Shown piece by piece: positions 28,244-38,051 of a stretch of 41,739 bases of DNA. The translations under genes and the position numbers were made by a program. Source of the DNA: a virus. Under the pieces are notes generated by a model, which did not search any database, was not told the DNA's origin, and saw only the letters and a list, made by a program, of their open reading frames with translations. How positions within the stretch are numbered: the first letter of the stretch is position 1; each line of letters opens with the position of its first letter. Location: IMG/VR virus record IMGVR_UViG_3300036846_000629, positions 1 to 41,739 of that record. One strand, 5' to 3'.

Positions 28244-29217
28244 GGCTCGCCTTCCCCCCAGGGATAGATGACCTCGACGGTGTCGTCAGTCTCCAGCCCC
28301 AGGATTTCCATCACGGCGCGGCTCACATCGGCAACGCGTCCGGTGTCTTCATGCGGCCCCCAGTCGGCAGGAAAGCACGGCGTACCATGTCCAGTCCGCG
28401 GATTGCGCACATAGGCGAGATGCTGCAGCAAGGTAGGCTTCGGCGTGACCGTATAGTCCCAGCGGCATGCCACATACGGGACGCACATGTTCAGCCGCCT
28501 TGCGAGACCGGCCGTGCCGGATGGCTGGTAGGGCAGGAACAGATGCTGGGCCTCGTCGACATTGTAGATGAACGCCAGGCCCTCGGATGGGCTCACGCCG
28601 GTATCGTTCGGCCCCCCGAACCACGACACCTTGCCGGTCGCCTGGAACAGCGGCTCGCCTGCCGGCGGCGGATCGGGCGGTACCGGGTTGGACCCGGCAT
28701 CATCGCCGCCGATGACATCGGCGATGGCGTCGCATATGACGTCGAATTCGCGCTCGTATAGGTCGGCGTCCGACTTGGAGTCCACGAAGCAGGTCTCGAT
28801 CAGTATGGCCGGCATCTCGGTCGAATTGAGAAACTTCAGATCGCTGCGATATTTTGGTCCCCGGTCGATGAATCCGCACATGGCAATTTGCGCAGAAATC
28901 TGCCGGGCCAGGCTTTCCTGCGTGACGTACAGGCACTCGACGCCCATTGGCTTCGATGTGGTCTCGTAGGCATTGAAGTGGACGCTGATGTCCAGCTGTC
29001 GCGTCTGCGCATTGTGGTAATTGACGATCGTATTGAGGTTGGTACTGACATCATGGCTCGTGTTGTCGTGGAAGGTCTTCACCTTGACATTGCGCGAGCG
29101 CAGCATTTCCGCGGTCAGGTCGACCACGCGACGGGCCTCGTCGACCTCGTCGAGATAGCCGCTCGCGCCGCGCACATACTTGCCGTGCCCGCTGGAAATG
29201 ACGACAGAATTGTACAT
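28240..29217 (-). CDS. Endolysin: N-acetylmuramoyl-L-alanine amidase (Amidase_3-like) fused to a C-terminal RlpA / DPBB-like domain, 325 aa.
   Basis: SSGHGKYVRGASG...ISVHFNA...AILIETCFVDS is the amidase. KVSWFGGPNDTG...ADWGPHEDTGRVADVSRAVMEILGL is the DPBB-like part. Confidence 0.75.
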   Translation of the reverse strand: MYNSVVISSGHGKYVRGASGYLDEVDEARRVVDLTAEMLRSRNVKVKTFHDNTSHDVSTNLNTIVNYHNAQTRQLDISVHFNAYETTSKPMGVECLYVTQESLARQISAQIAMCGFIDRGPKYRSDLKFLNSTEMPAILIETCFVDSKSDADLYEREFDVICDAIADVIGGDDAGSNPVPPDPPPAGEPLFQATGKVSWFGGPNDTGVSPSEGLAFIYNVDEAQHLFLPYQPSGTAGLARRLNMCVPYVACRWDYTVTPKPTLLQHLAYVRNPRTGHGTPCFPADWGPHEDTGRVADVSRAVMEILGLETDDTVEVIYPWGEGEP

Positions 29218-29226
29218 GTGTCTCCC

Positions 29227-29325
29227 TCACATCGCGAAATGATTGATGATTACGATGAAGATCGCAGTGACGGCGGCGATCACGATCAGCAGGACGAGCA
29301 GCGCCGGGCCGTTTTCCTGGCTCAA
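29227..29325 (-). CDS. Candidate 32-aa hydrophobic micro-ORF with a TTG start overlapping the upstream stop.
   Basis: (M)SQENGPALLVLLIVIAAVTAIFIVIINHFAM*. TTGA overlap with the fibre-associated gene. It ends 9 nt before the endolysin ATG. Confidence 0.3.
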   Translation of the reverse strand: MSQENGPALLVLLIVIAAVTAIFIVIINHFAM

Positions 29326-29990
29326 TTCGTAACGCCGCCATAGAGCACCGGTAGCTTGGCAATGAACACCTGGCGCGTGGCGACCCCATCGAACATCGAC
29401 AGATAGGCGTCATAGGTGCCGAGCCAGAGCTGGCGCACCGTGATCTCGGGGATGAGTATCTGCAGAAATCCGATGTCGATGATGGTGACCCCGGTGCCGA
29501 GCGCCGCCTTGATCAGGGGAGCGGCGGCATCCGGCGTGCCAAAATCGTAATATGGCACATAGCCGGAGCCGTCATTGCGCGGCGCCCCGCGGCGTATCTC
29601 GAACTGGAATGTCGAGCCAACCTGGACCACCATCGCCCCCGTCGCCGGGACATAGCTCGTAACGGTGCCGAGCATGTAATTGTTGCCGGTCGGGTCAGCG
29701 ATTTTGACCGCATTGCCCGGCGTAAATGCGCCGATGACGGGCGCCAGCGTCAGCGCCGACAGCTCGTTGCCGATCGGCGGCACGGGGATGGTCAGCGAGC
29801 CTGTGAACGGCGCCGAGACCGCGCCGGATGTCACCTGCCAGGACGTGCCGGTGAACGCCATACCGCTCGCGGTCGCGGTCGCCGATAGATTGACCGGATC
29901 GCCGGTGTCGTCATCGTAGATCGAGCAGGAGATCAGCAGGTCCTCCCGATTGCTCGTCGGCGGGAGGAAAATCGGAGGATTGCCATACAT
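29322..29990 (-). CDS. Tail-fibre-associated protein, 222 aa. Start trimmed to ATG 29990.
   Basis: MYGNPPIFLPPTSNRE... begins 6 nt after the stop of the tail-collar gene. The track extension is Arg-rich and out of character. Confidence 0.6.
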   Translation of the reverse strand: MYGNPPIFLPPTSNREDLLISCSIYDDDTGDPVNLSATATASGMAFTGTSWQVTSGAVSAPFTGSLTIPVPPIGNELSALTLAPVIGAFTPGNAVKIADPTGNNYMLGTVTSYVPATGAMVVQVGSTFQFEIRRGAPRNDGSGYVPYYDFGTPDAAAPLIKAALGTGVTIIDIGFLQILIPEITVRQLWLGTYDAYLSMFDGVATRQVFIAKLPVLYGGVTN

Positions 29991-29995
29991 GGGTG

Positions 29996-31051
29996 TTACA
30001 GCCTGATGTACCAGGAGCCGAGGGCAAAGGGCGCCATCGTGTTGTGGGCCGTGCCGCTGCCGGCAGCCGCGATCGAAATACCGGTCCCGCCCACGTCGCC
30101 GCCGAATGTTCCTGCGCCGACATCGGTTGACTGCGATGTCGTTGGCGGCGCGGCAAGCCATCCCGCCACGTTCGCGGTAGTGTTTGTAATCTGAGCCGAC
30201 CGGAACGAGGTGATCGTGTGCTTGTGGCCCGGATCGGTCAGCGCATGATTATGGTTCGCCAGCTCCGCGACCGTCAGCGTATGATTGGCCTCGCCCCCAG
30301 TCGCGGCAGGCGTAGTCGGCAGGTCGCCTCCGCCAGAGGTGATGTTGCTGTTCGCAATGCGACCCACCGCCATGGCGCCCATGTCGTCGAGGCCCACGAG
30401 CATCCGCCCGCGCAGATCGGGCAGGGTAATCGGCTTGTTTGACATGAAGTCAGCGAGCGCAGTCGCGCCACGGCCGCCGACCACTTGGCAATGGGCATCG
30501 GTGCAATTGGCCCAGAGATATGTGTACAAATTCTGTGTGTCGGCGTTGGTGCGGCCGGTGCAGCCAATGCACGAGGCGGAGCCGATGCTCTGGCCGTTCA
30601 CCTTGACCCAGCCTGTGAGCACCTCGCCGGTCATGCGGTATTTGATGTCGCCGGTCGAGGCGATGGTAGTCGGATCGACGCCGGGGCCGCCGCCGCCGCC
30701 TGAACCGCTGGACGGGCCGACCACCTGCATGTTGGGGATGTCGAAGATCACCACACCAGTGCTATCCGTAAGGCGGACATGCACCTGGCCATTGGCCAAA
30801 TAAAACATGGGAATGCGGCCGGTGCTGTCGGCCGGTAGCGGCCATGGATTGATCAAAGTCAGGCCAAAATCCTGGAAAGAATTCTGGGGTGTTGCCACCG
30901 TGCCGACCTGATAGATATATAGTAGTGCCCCGGATAGGGGACGGCCGTTGGCGTCCGACTGTTGTGCAAGGGCGACGGGGATTACGCCCTGGGCAAAGGC
31001 GGCGGACCCGTATAGAAGAGTTAGTAGAGCGATTATGATGCGCAGCATCAC
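29996..31051 (-). CDS. Tail fibre with a phage tail-collar domain, 351 aa. The N-terminus looks like a Sec signal peptide.
   Basis: ITLPDLRGRMLVGLDDMG...GGEANHTLTVAELANHNH is the collar motif. N-terminus MMLRIIIALLTLLYGSAAFA|QG. Confidence 0.75.
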   Translation of the reverse strand: MMLRIIIALLTLLYGSAAFAQGVIPVALAQQSDANGRPLSGALLYIYQVGTVATPQNSFQDFGLTLINPWPLPADSTGRIPMFYLANGQVHVRLTDSTGVVIFDIPNMQVVGPSSGSGGGGGPGVDPTTIASTGDIKYRMTGEVLTGWVKVNGQSIGSASCIGCTGRTNADTQNLYTYLWANCTDAHCQVVGGRGATALADFMSNKPITLPDLRGRMLVGLDDMGAMAVGRIANSNITSGGGDLPTTPAATGGEANHTLTVAELANHNHALTDPGHKHTITSFRSAQITNTTANVAGWLAAPPTTSQSTDVGAGTFGGDVGGTGISIAAAGSGTAHNTMAPFALGSWYIRL

Positions 31052-31094
31052 GCAATATCCTTATTTGTTCGTCTGGAGCTTTATGGTCATCAAT

Positions 31095-33290
31095 CTATCG
31101 CCTGACGGAGCCTTGACCTTCTGGCTGCTCTACTTCGGAGCGGCCACTTGCTGGGATCGCGCTACGCGACAATATGTGTTCAGCTGGCACCCCAGTATTG
31201 TGGCTGAGGTTCCTAGTGGCGATGTTGAAAACGGCGAGGCGTGTTGGCGTCGGGTGACCCAGATATCCGAGCCGCGCCCGGTTCCATGCCGCCGCCGATG
31301 ATGCGATGGCAGGATTGCCAAGCCATCGCGCCAGCATCCATACGCCTGCTGTCGTTCCTGCACCGATGGCGGAGCCGGCTCCAAGCCCGCCGGAGGCAAT
31401 ATCGGAGCCCAGTAAAGCCGCATCCTTCGCCACATCGAGGAGAACCAGAAGACCGGCCGAATGCGAGGTGGTGGATTCCCGTAGCGCACCTTTGATGTGG
31501 CCGCCCATCTCGGCGATGTCTTCAATATTTTGTAGGTGCTGAGGCGAGAATAAAATGCTCTTGGCCCGATCGGAAACTTTATCCCAATTTGTCGTGAACT
31601 GCGACAGGCTAAAACGTCCAGTCGCATTGTTGTGCCCCAGCTCAGTGAGCAACACGCCGCCAATTTGCTGAAAATCGGCCGGCTGCATTGATCCGCGCAA
31701 TTGCGCCAGCAGGCGAACATTGCCGCCTTTTTCCCGGGATGAGCCGAGCAAAGTGGCGATAGCGCCTTCGCCGCGGCTATTGATCAATCGGTGGATCGCA
31801 GCGTTCTGATCGGCAAAGCGGCCAAATTCACCTTCCGCTCGATCAAACGCCGCCAGTGCCGCCGAGCGTCCGGCCGGTGTCTGATTGTGGGCCGTTGTCG
31901 CGACCATGTCGCGCAGATCGGCGGTCATGGCGCGGGTTATTCGATTGTAATCAGCGGAATTATACCCAGGATGCGGAACTAGCGCATTGCCGGCCTCACG
32001 GGCATCGACGCGAGCGCGATGGGTTCCGTTGAATCCCGCTCCAGAGGCGACATTCTCGAATTGCTCAAGGCCCTGACTTGGATTAGGCCAGCCGGCGGCG
32101 GCACGATTCTGCCGGATATCCTGAAGCGTGCGCTGAGTCCGTGGCAATACGAACCGGCGGTTTTGATCGATCAGGCCTCGTAATGCATTGTAGTTGGCGT
32201 CGATCGTCGCACGGTTGGCGTCGATGGCGGTCTGCAGGCCCGGCCTTACGATCGCATCGGCGGCGGCTCGATCGGTTGCGCCGCCAGTCATATGGCTGGC
32301 TATGTCGCCAAGGCGTTCGCCCGCGGCCTCTTGAGTGACCTCGACACGATGGCCAATACGTTCGCCGGCAAATGGTACTTGGCGCAGTTTGGCAGTCGTA
32401 GCCTGCAGTGCCCTGCTATCGGCCGCCACGCCACGCGGTAAGGGCGCCCCAAGAGCCTCAGCCGTTTGAGCCGCGCGCTGACCTGGAGTCAGCGTCGGAG
32501 CCCGCGGGCCGAGGAGCCCACCAAAGGCAGCACCGGTCACGGCGCCAAGCCCACCGCCGATCAAGGCGCCTTTGCCTATATCGCCAATATCCTTGCCTTC
32601 GCTGAGCGCCGTCCCACCGCCGTAGGCGGCCCCGCCAAGCCCGCCAAATGCCGCGCCGCGTCCGATCCGCGCTGGTGCGGCAGCAGCCGCCAGACCTGGC
32701 AAAGGCACCGCTGCAGTCCCCATAAGCTCGCCAGCGAATGAGGCGTAGGGATGCTGCTTGCGGCCGGCTTCCAGCGCGCCCTGCGCCTCCTCCCGTGCTT
32801 CCCGGTATGCCTTCGTGGCCTTGCCTTCGGGCGACACGAAGTGTTCGTAGCCCATCCGCACGAGGCCCATGAGTGCATCAGCGACGCCCGGCTCCGGTTC
32901 AACGCTCTTTGGGGCTCCGCCCTCCCTGCCCGCCGCGAGGGCGCCTGATAGCGCCGGATACAATCCGAACGACGCGCCCTGGACTGCCGAGCGGCCGAAT
33001 GCCTCGCCGGTCGAGACTTCGCGAAATGTATTCTTTGCTTCCTTCTCGGCTTCTGGCGAATGTTCTGGCATATCGCCCCAGATGCCATCCGCATGCTCAT
33101 CCGCCGAGGCCTTGGCGGGCTTGAAATCGGGCAAGCTGTCCCAAACACCACCACTCGATTTACTGTCCGGTCTGATCTCGATCCGCAAAGGCCGCCGCGG
33201 CGGCGCTTCCGTTTTCGGCAGATCGATAGCCGGCAAACCAGGCGGGTTCCCCTGGCCGGCAGCAACCGTATAGAGATCGCCAAAACTCAT
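31095..33290 (-). CDS. Internal virion / ejection protein, 731 aa.
   Basis: Size and position. Gly/Ala-rich hydrophobic blocks (GAAFGGLGGAAYGGG, GALIGGGLGAVTGAAFGGLLG). Confidence 0.55.
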   Translation of the reverse strand: MSFGDLYTVAAGQGNPPGLPAIDLPKTEAPPRRPLRIEIRPDSKSSGGVWDSLPDFKPAKASADEHADGIWGDMPEHSPEAEKEAKNTFREVSTGEAFGRSAVQGASFGLYPALSGALAAGREGGAPKSVEPEPGVADALMGLVRMGYEHFVSPEGKATKAYREAREEAQGALEAGRKQHPYASFAGELMGTAAVPLPGLAAAAAPARIGRGAAFGGLGGAAYGGGTALSEGKDIGDIGKGALIGGGLGAVTGAAFGGLLGPRAPTLTPGQRAAQTAEALGAPLPRGVAADSRALQATTAKLRQVPFAGERIGHRVEVTQEAAGERLGDIASHMTGGATDRAAADAIVRPGLQTAIDANRATIDANYNALRGLIDQNRRFVLPRTQRTLQDIRQNRAAAGWPNPSQGLEQFENVASGAGFNGTHRARVDAREAGNALVPHPGYNSADYNRITRAMTADLRDMVATTAHNQTPAGRSAALAAFDRAEGEFGRFADQNAAIHRLINSRGEGAIATLLGSSREKGGNVRLLAQLRGSMQPADFQQIGGVLLTELGHNNATGRFSLSQFTTNWDKVSDRAKSILFSPQHLQNIEDIAEMGGHIKGALRESTTSHSAGLLVLLDVAKDAALLGSDIASGGLGAGSAIGAGTTAGVWMLARWLGNPAIASSAAAWNRARLGYLGHPTPTRLAVFNIATRNLSHNTGVPAEHILSRSAIPASGRSEVEQPEGQGSVRR

Positions 33291-35029
33291 TTGAAGGCGC
33301 TCGGATCATAGGCGACGATGCGACCGCTCGGCAGCTTGATCGGGGCGCCCGGCTCAATGCCTTCGTCTCGCGCCCATTTGATGGCATCGGCCTTATTGTG
33401 CAGTGCCGGGGCAACCGGCGGCGCAAACAGGCGCATATCTCTGATTTCATCCGGATGGAAAATCTGATTCTTGGCGTCGCTGTTGAATTTAGACAGCACT
33501 TCGTTAAACCCATCATCAAGCGCGCCGCGGCCATATTTGCCGCGGTAATCGGAGGCAAGCGCAGAGGTTGCCCTCATGTGGTCGCCCATGCGTTGCTGCA
33601 ATTCGGTGAGGTATCGCAGAGCTGCCTTGGTGTTTTCCGGGTTCTGTGCAGCCTTTTCCATCAATGATATCTGCTGCTGAAACAGCCGGCCGGCGGAACC
33701 GCCCATCTCGGCGGCTTCGGCCTTGAGCTGGGTCGTCTGGTTGAGAATGGCCGACGCCATGACCTTGCGAATGGCTTCATTCGGAAGCGCGGCATTCGGA
33801 TCGTAACCGGGCAATCCCTGGAAAAGAGGATTCGAGCGGATTTTATTGAGAGCCTCTCGAAATTCAACACCGCTGCCTGTCACCAGATTCGGACTATTAA
33901 GAATGCCGCGCATGGCATCGAGGTGCGGCTTGAGGGCCGTTTCGAATTCGCGCGCCGAGCCGTGTATGCCCTTCGCCAAGGCATCGCCGCGCGCAATTTC
34001 TTTCTCCGCAGCATTTTTTCCGATGTCGAGTTGCTGTCCTCTCATTTGCTTGGCGACATCCGCGAGCTTGTCACGGATATCCTTCGCCCGCGCGCGATCG
34101 TCGGCAATGGCGGCCTCGGCCTCCTTGACGGCGCCAGGACTTGCGTTTCTCGCGTGTGCCTGCAGCCATTTCGATCTCGCGGCAGCCCTGTTTTCGTACT
34201 GGATCGCTTGCGCTTCGGTGCCCACGGGCGTTTCCGCCGCCGGCGGGGCCTGCTGTGGCGTAATGGTTTGATATGGCGGTGCTTGTACGGTTTTGACCCG
34301 GTTCGGTACGATCGGCGCGTCGGTGCCGGCTTGCGGCTGCACACCCTGGGGCATCGAAGCGCCCAGGGCTGCCGTCTGTCCAGATGTCGGCGCCTCTGGC
34401 ACGCCAGGCCGCTCGCCAAATTGGTTCTCCAGCGCCGCCGAGACCTGCCCTGCCTGCTCGCGAGTGAGCATCGTCTTCGGGTTGATGCCCAGCTGCGCGC
34501 CGAGCATGTTCGCGGTGCGCACCGGATCGCCTGAGACTAATCCGGACCGCTGCACCAAAGCTGTGAGAGTGTACGGCCCAGCCGTATCCTCAGCCTGGTC
34601 GGCAGATGCGGCGCCAGGTGCAGCCGATGCGGCCGATGGAGGTTGCTGCCCCCTCAACATCTCCGGCGTCTGGTGGGTCGTGGCGGGCGCCGGCGCACGG
34701 CCACCTTCCGGCGGTCCTTGCGCAAGGCGGCGATCCGCCTGTACTCCGGTCAAATACGGGACCATCTTTTCAAATAAATCGCCGCCGCCACGGCGTATCA
34801 TCTCCTGTATCCCGGCGTTGATGCCTTCCGGGGTATCCAGGTCGACATCGAGCGGCGCCTGCAATGCCTCGGTGCGCGCCATCTGGCCGCGCTTGTATGC
34901 GCCCTCCGCGCCCTCCTGATAGGCCTGCGGAATGCCGCGGATCATCTTGTAGAGCGCATCCGCGAGGTTAGGCGGACCCGCGCCGGTGGTCTGCGGAGAT
35001 GTGATATAATCAGACGCGGCCATTGTCAT
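33287..35029 (-). CDS. Internal virion / ejection protein, 580 aa.
   Basis: Position. Low-complexity A/P/Q-rich centre. ATGA coupling to the next gene. Confidence 0.55.
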   Translation of the reverse strand: MTMAASDYITSPQTTGAGPPNLADALYKMIRGIPQAYQEGAEGAYKRGQMARTEALQAPLDVDLDTPEGINAGIQEMIRRGGGDLFEKMVPYLTGVQADRRLAQGPPEGGRAPAPATTHQTPEMLRGQQPPSAASAAPGAASADQAEDTAGPYTLTALVQRSGLVSGDPVRTANMLGAQLGINPKTMLTREQAGQVSAALENQFGERPGVPEAPTSGQTAALGASMPQGVQPQAGTDAPIVPNRVKTVQAPPYQTITPQQAPPAAETPVGTEAQAIQYENRAAARSKWLQAHARNASPGAVKEAEAAIADDRARAKDIRDKLADVAKQMRGQQLDIGKNAAEKEIARGDALAKGIHGSAREFETALKPHLDAMRGILNSPNLVTGSGVEFREALNKIRSNPLFQGLPGYDPNAALPNEAIRKVMASAILNQTTQLKAEAAEMGGSAGRLFQQQISLMEKAAQNPENTKAALRYLTELQQRMGDHMRATSALASDYRGKYGRGALDDGFNEVLSKFNSDAKNQIFHPDEIRDMRLFAPPVAPALHNKADAIKWARDEGIEPGAPIKLPSGRIVAYDPSAFK

Positions 35030-35032
35030 TTC

Positions 35033-35716
35033 TCATTTGAAAGTCGGCGCACTGACGCCCTTGCCGCCCGCAATGCTGGCCACGTCGCCAAGTGCCCCAA
35101 GGGCGGCGCCCCAAAGGTTGCCAGAGGCGTTATAGCCAGCCAGATCACCGGCAGCCTGCGCCTTGCCTTGCGACACGTCGGTGCCATAGGCGGCCTGGCC
35201 CTGGCCGGTGTAGCTCGTGTTCATTGCATTGCCGAGGCCAGTATTGACGCCCGCAATGCCAGTCGCCGCATTTCCGGCAGCACCGAGGAATGGTTGCAAC
35301 TGGCCGATATAGTTGCCCCAGTTCTGATTGGCGAGATTGCTGCCCATTTGCTGCAGGGCGAGATCGGTATTGCCCGAGGCGAGCTGACCTGTGCGCGCCT
35401 GATTGGCCATCACCGAATTGAGGCCTTGCTGCACTTGGAACTGATAGCCGGGATTGTTCTGGAATGCTGCCGCGGCACGTGCGTTCCCTTCCGGGCCGTT
35501 AAGGCCCATGGCATCGGCGAGCGCATTCTGGCCCTGATTGGCGACATCGAAATTGGCCTGAAATGGCACCAGCGCCTTCGCATAGTCGGTCGTCAGCGCG
35601 CCACGGCCGAGACCGAACTGTCTCGATAAGTCCTGATAGCCCCGCTGATCGGCCGCGATCTGATCTTGCGCGGCCTGTTGGCCCGGTCCGGCCGAGAAGA
35701 TATCGAAGATGCCCAT
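35033..35716 (-). CDS. Internal virion / ejection protein, 227 aa, G/A/N/Q-rich.
   Basis: Composition and position, analogous to the P22 gp7 / gp20 / gp16 block. Confidence 0.5.
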   Translation of the reverse strand: MGIFDIFSAGPGQQAAQDQIAADQRGYQDLSRQFGLGRGALTTDYAKALVPFQANFDVANQGQNALADAMGLNGPEGNARAAAAFQNNPGYQFQVQQGLNSVMANQARTGQLASGNTDLALQQMGSNLANQNWGNYIGQLQPFLGAAGNAATGIAGVNTGLGNAMNTSYTGQGQAAYGTDVSQGKAQAAGDLAGYNASGNLWGAALGALGDVASIAGGKGVSAPTFK

Positions 35717-35720
35717 CGGA

Positions 35721-36158
35721 TTACCTCAGGAATGGCCTCATGAGGCCCGCCATGTTGTTGTTTGCCGGAGCGGCTCCGGGATTGAACGGAGCACCCCCTT
35801 GGAAGCCGGACGGCAAGCCGGGCCCCATCTGCGCGCTGGGTGGGATGCCGATCGGTGTCATGGGAGCGCCGCCGGCTCCACCAGGCGCCCCGCCGGCCGC
35901 CCCGCCCATGGGAGGCAGCATTGATGCGAGAGCAGAGGGGGCGCTGGACTGCGCATGGCCCAGCAGGGCCGCCACATTTGGCGGAATGTTTCGATTGGCC
36001 AGAAACGCCTGAAGACCACCGGCGAGATTGGGCGGCTGATAGCCCGGTCCGCCGAGCCGGAAATTCTCCGTCATCTGCGGATTGGCCATACCCATCGGAT
36101 TAGGCGGTCCCTGGCCGTTGTTGGCCTGCGCGGCGCCGAACTGGTCGAAGAATGCCAT
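35721..36158 (-). CDS. Low-complexity G/P/A-rich virion-module protein, 145 aa.
   Basis: ORF track. In operon. Confidence 0.5.
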   Translation of the reverse strand: MAFFDQFGAAQANNGQGPPNPMGMANPQMTENFRLGGPGYQPPNLAGGLQAFLANRNIPPNVAALLGHAQSSAPSALASMLPPMGGAAGGAPGGAGGAPMTPIGIPPSAQMGPGLPSGFQGGAPFNPGAAPANNNMAGLMRPFLR

Positions 36159-36167
36159 GGGAAACTC

Positions 36168-36404
36168 CTATACAAGCCGAATGCGCACCGCGCCGGCGTT
36201 CTGGTAGAGCCCGCCGATCGGAACGCCTGCGGTCGCCGCGGCGGCGTCGGTCGCCGCGCTCGTCAGCGGCCCGACCTTGTTGACGGCGAGATTGCGCAGC
36301 AACGGATCGCACGACAGCAGATATTGCCGCCAGATTTGCGAAGGCACGCCAGCGCTCTCGACCCAGCGGGCGGTAAGCGGCGGTAGCGGGGCGATCGTCG
36401 TCAT
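36168..36404 (-). CDS. Hypothetical 78-aa virion-module protein.
   Basis: ORF track. C-terminal AGVPIGGLYQNAGAVRIRLV. Confidence 0.5.
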   Translation of the reverse strand: MTTIAPLPPLTARWVESAGVPSQIWRQYLLSCDPLLRNLAVNKVGPLTSAATDAAAATAGVPIGGLYQNAGAVRIRLV

Positions 36405-36562
36405 GGGGTCAATGACTCAGAGTAACGCCGCAGGTCTTCCCGGCTGACGAACCCATGGCGCCTGCCGCAGCGGATGCATTGCCCCCAACATCCACTATCG
36501 TCAGATGCGGGGCTGCATTGACGACATCTGCCGAGCCAGCACAGGAGCCGATCGAACATCAT
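36401..36562 (-). CDS. Hypothetical 53-aa Cys-rich (zinc-ribbon-like) protein. Start trimmed to ATG 36562.
   Basis: MMFDRLLCWLGRCRQCSPASDDSGCWGQCIRCGRRH. ATGA overlap downstream. Confidence 0.4.
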   Translation of the reverse strand: MMFDRLLCWLGRCRQCSPASDDSGCWGQCIRCGRRHGFVSREDLRRYSESLTP

Positions 36563-36569
36563 GAGCTTC

Positions 36570-38051
36570 TCAGAACTGCGCCGGATTGTCAGATTGCGTT
36601 GCCGACATGAACGGTGCATTGACCGGATCGGTCATATCGATGCGCCAGCGCCGGCCTTGTGCCCCGGTCAGGCCGGGGCGCATGATCTTGACGCGGGTGG
36701 TCTTCGCCTTGCCCTGCTGGCCGAGGCTGCGCAAGAGCGGGTTTTTCCAGGTTACCCCGCCGTCATTCGACCAGGAGATCGCGACCTGTGGATTGACCAC
36801 GTTGATCGGCGCCGGCGTCCCGTCCGCATTGAGCACCCGCCCGGCACCGACCACGAAATTGAAATCCGCTCGGGCGACTCGAATGCGGTTCGGGAATGAG
36901 GTCACCGGAGCGCTTTCGAGCCGCATCAGCATCGGCGCGCCGAGCTCGGTATAGACGGCATCGTCGATAGCGGACAGCGTACCGGTATAGATATCGCCGA
37001 GCAGCCAGCGCCCGAATGCCGGGTGCCCACCGGTGCCGCGCCATCGACCTTGTTGGCCGCTCGCCGGCGAGAGCGACCATCGCTCGTTCCATTGCTGAGT
37101 TCCGAGATTGAATTCCCAGGTCCAGGCCGGCGACTGGATGACCCAGAATTTCTTGCCCGAAAACATGTAGACCGATGCTTCGAGGACATTTCCGGCACGG
37201 TGCTGCTGCTCAATCAGGCGATCGAGATCTGGCGGGCTTATCTTGGTGGGCTGCAGGCTGCCATAGGGCAATTCCCACACCCCGAAATCTTGGGCTACCC
37301 AGCTTAGGTCATCGAAGCCGGTTTCCCAGCCGGCGATGGCGTTGGCCTGTAGCAATCCGAATGGCAGCACGACCTGGCGCGCATAGGGAAAGTTCGGTGC
37401 CACGTTGGCAACGTCCTGCCAAACCTCGCAGTGGCCGGTAGTGAAGAAAAACATCAGTCCGGAGAACGCGACGCCGCGCAGCAAAGTGACATCGGATCGC
37501 GATTGTATGGTGACGAACGTCAGCGCGTTCCAACTGCCGCTGGCAATCGAATTGATTGGAGACGCCCAGACCCGCCCGTCCGCGATGGTGAGGAAGAAAT
37601 AGCCGTCTTGAAAGCTGACCGAATTCGCCTGCGGAACGATGCCGCCGGTATTCAATGCGACCGGTGCGCCGCCGGTCGAAAGCACATAGGCGCCGTTGTC
37701 GATATCGACAGCAAGCACGTCAGGTGTGGCGTTCTGGTTGCGCGCGATCGAGACATGTTTAGTGCCTGGAAAAGCGCCGAGCAAGTTCACCGCGCCGCCG
37801 GCGGTGACCGTCGTGGCCGTATTCTTCCATACCTCATAAGACAGGTTGTTGACGATGAGGCCCCCGCGGTAGCCGGTTTGCGCAGTGGTGGCCCACTGCA
37901 CCAGGCCTGGCTGCCGATGGTAGGTCGCCGGCGACGGACCTCCGGGACCGAGCGGCTCGGCGCAGCAATTGATGAGACGCCCCGCGCTTTCCTGCGGTGT
38001 GTTGCCTGGGAACGAGCCCAGCGGCCAGTCGATGGGAAATGGACCACGCAT
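36570..38051 (-). CDS. P22 gp10-like tail hub / packaged-DNA stabilisation protein candidate, 493 aa.
   Basis: Size, position after the head-completion genes, and C-terminal SWSNDGGVTW...RVKIMRPGLTG...RWRID resembling the gp10 family tail. Confidence 0.45.
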   Translation of the reverse strand: MRGPFPIDWPLGSFPGNTPQESAGRLINCCAEPLGPGGPSPATYHRQPGLVQWATTAQTGYRGGLIVNNLSYEVWKNTATTVTAGGAVNLLGAFPGTKHVSIARNQNATPDVLAVDIDNGAYVLSTGGAPVALNTGGIVPQANSVSFQDGYFFLTIADGRVWASPINSIASGSWNALTFVTIQSRSDVTLLRGVAFSGLMFFFTTGHCEVWQDVANVAPNFPYARQVVLPFGLLQANAIAGWETGFDDLSWVAQDFGVWELPYGSLQPTKISPPDLDRLIEQQHRAGNVLEASVYMFSGKKFWVIQSPAWTWEFNLGTQQWNERWSLSPASGQQGRWRGTGGHPAFGRWLLGDIYTGTLSAIDDAVYTELGAPMLMRLESAPVTSFPNRIRVARADFNFVVGAGRVLNADGTPAPINVVNPQVAISWSNDGGVTWKNPLLRSLGQQGKAKTTRVKIMRPGLTGAQGRRWRIDMTDPVNAPFMSATQSDNPAQF

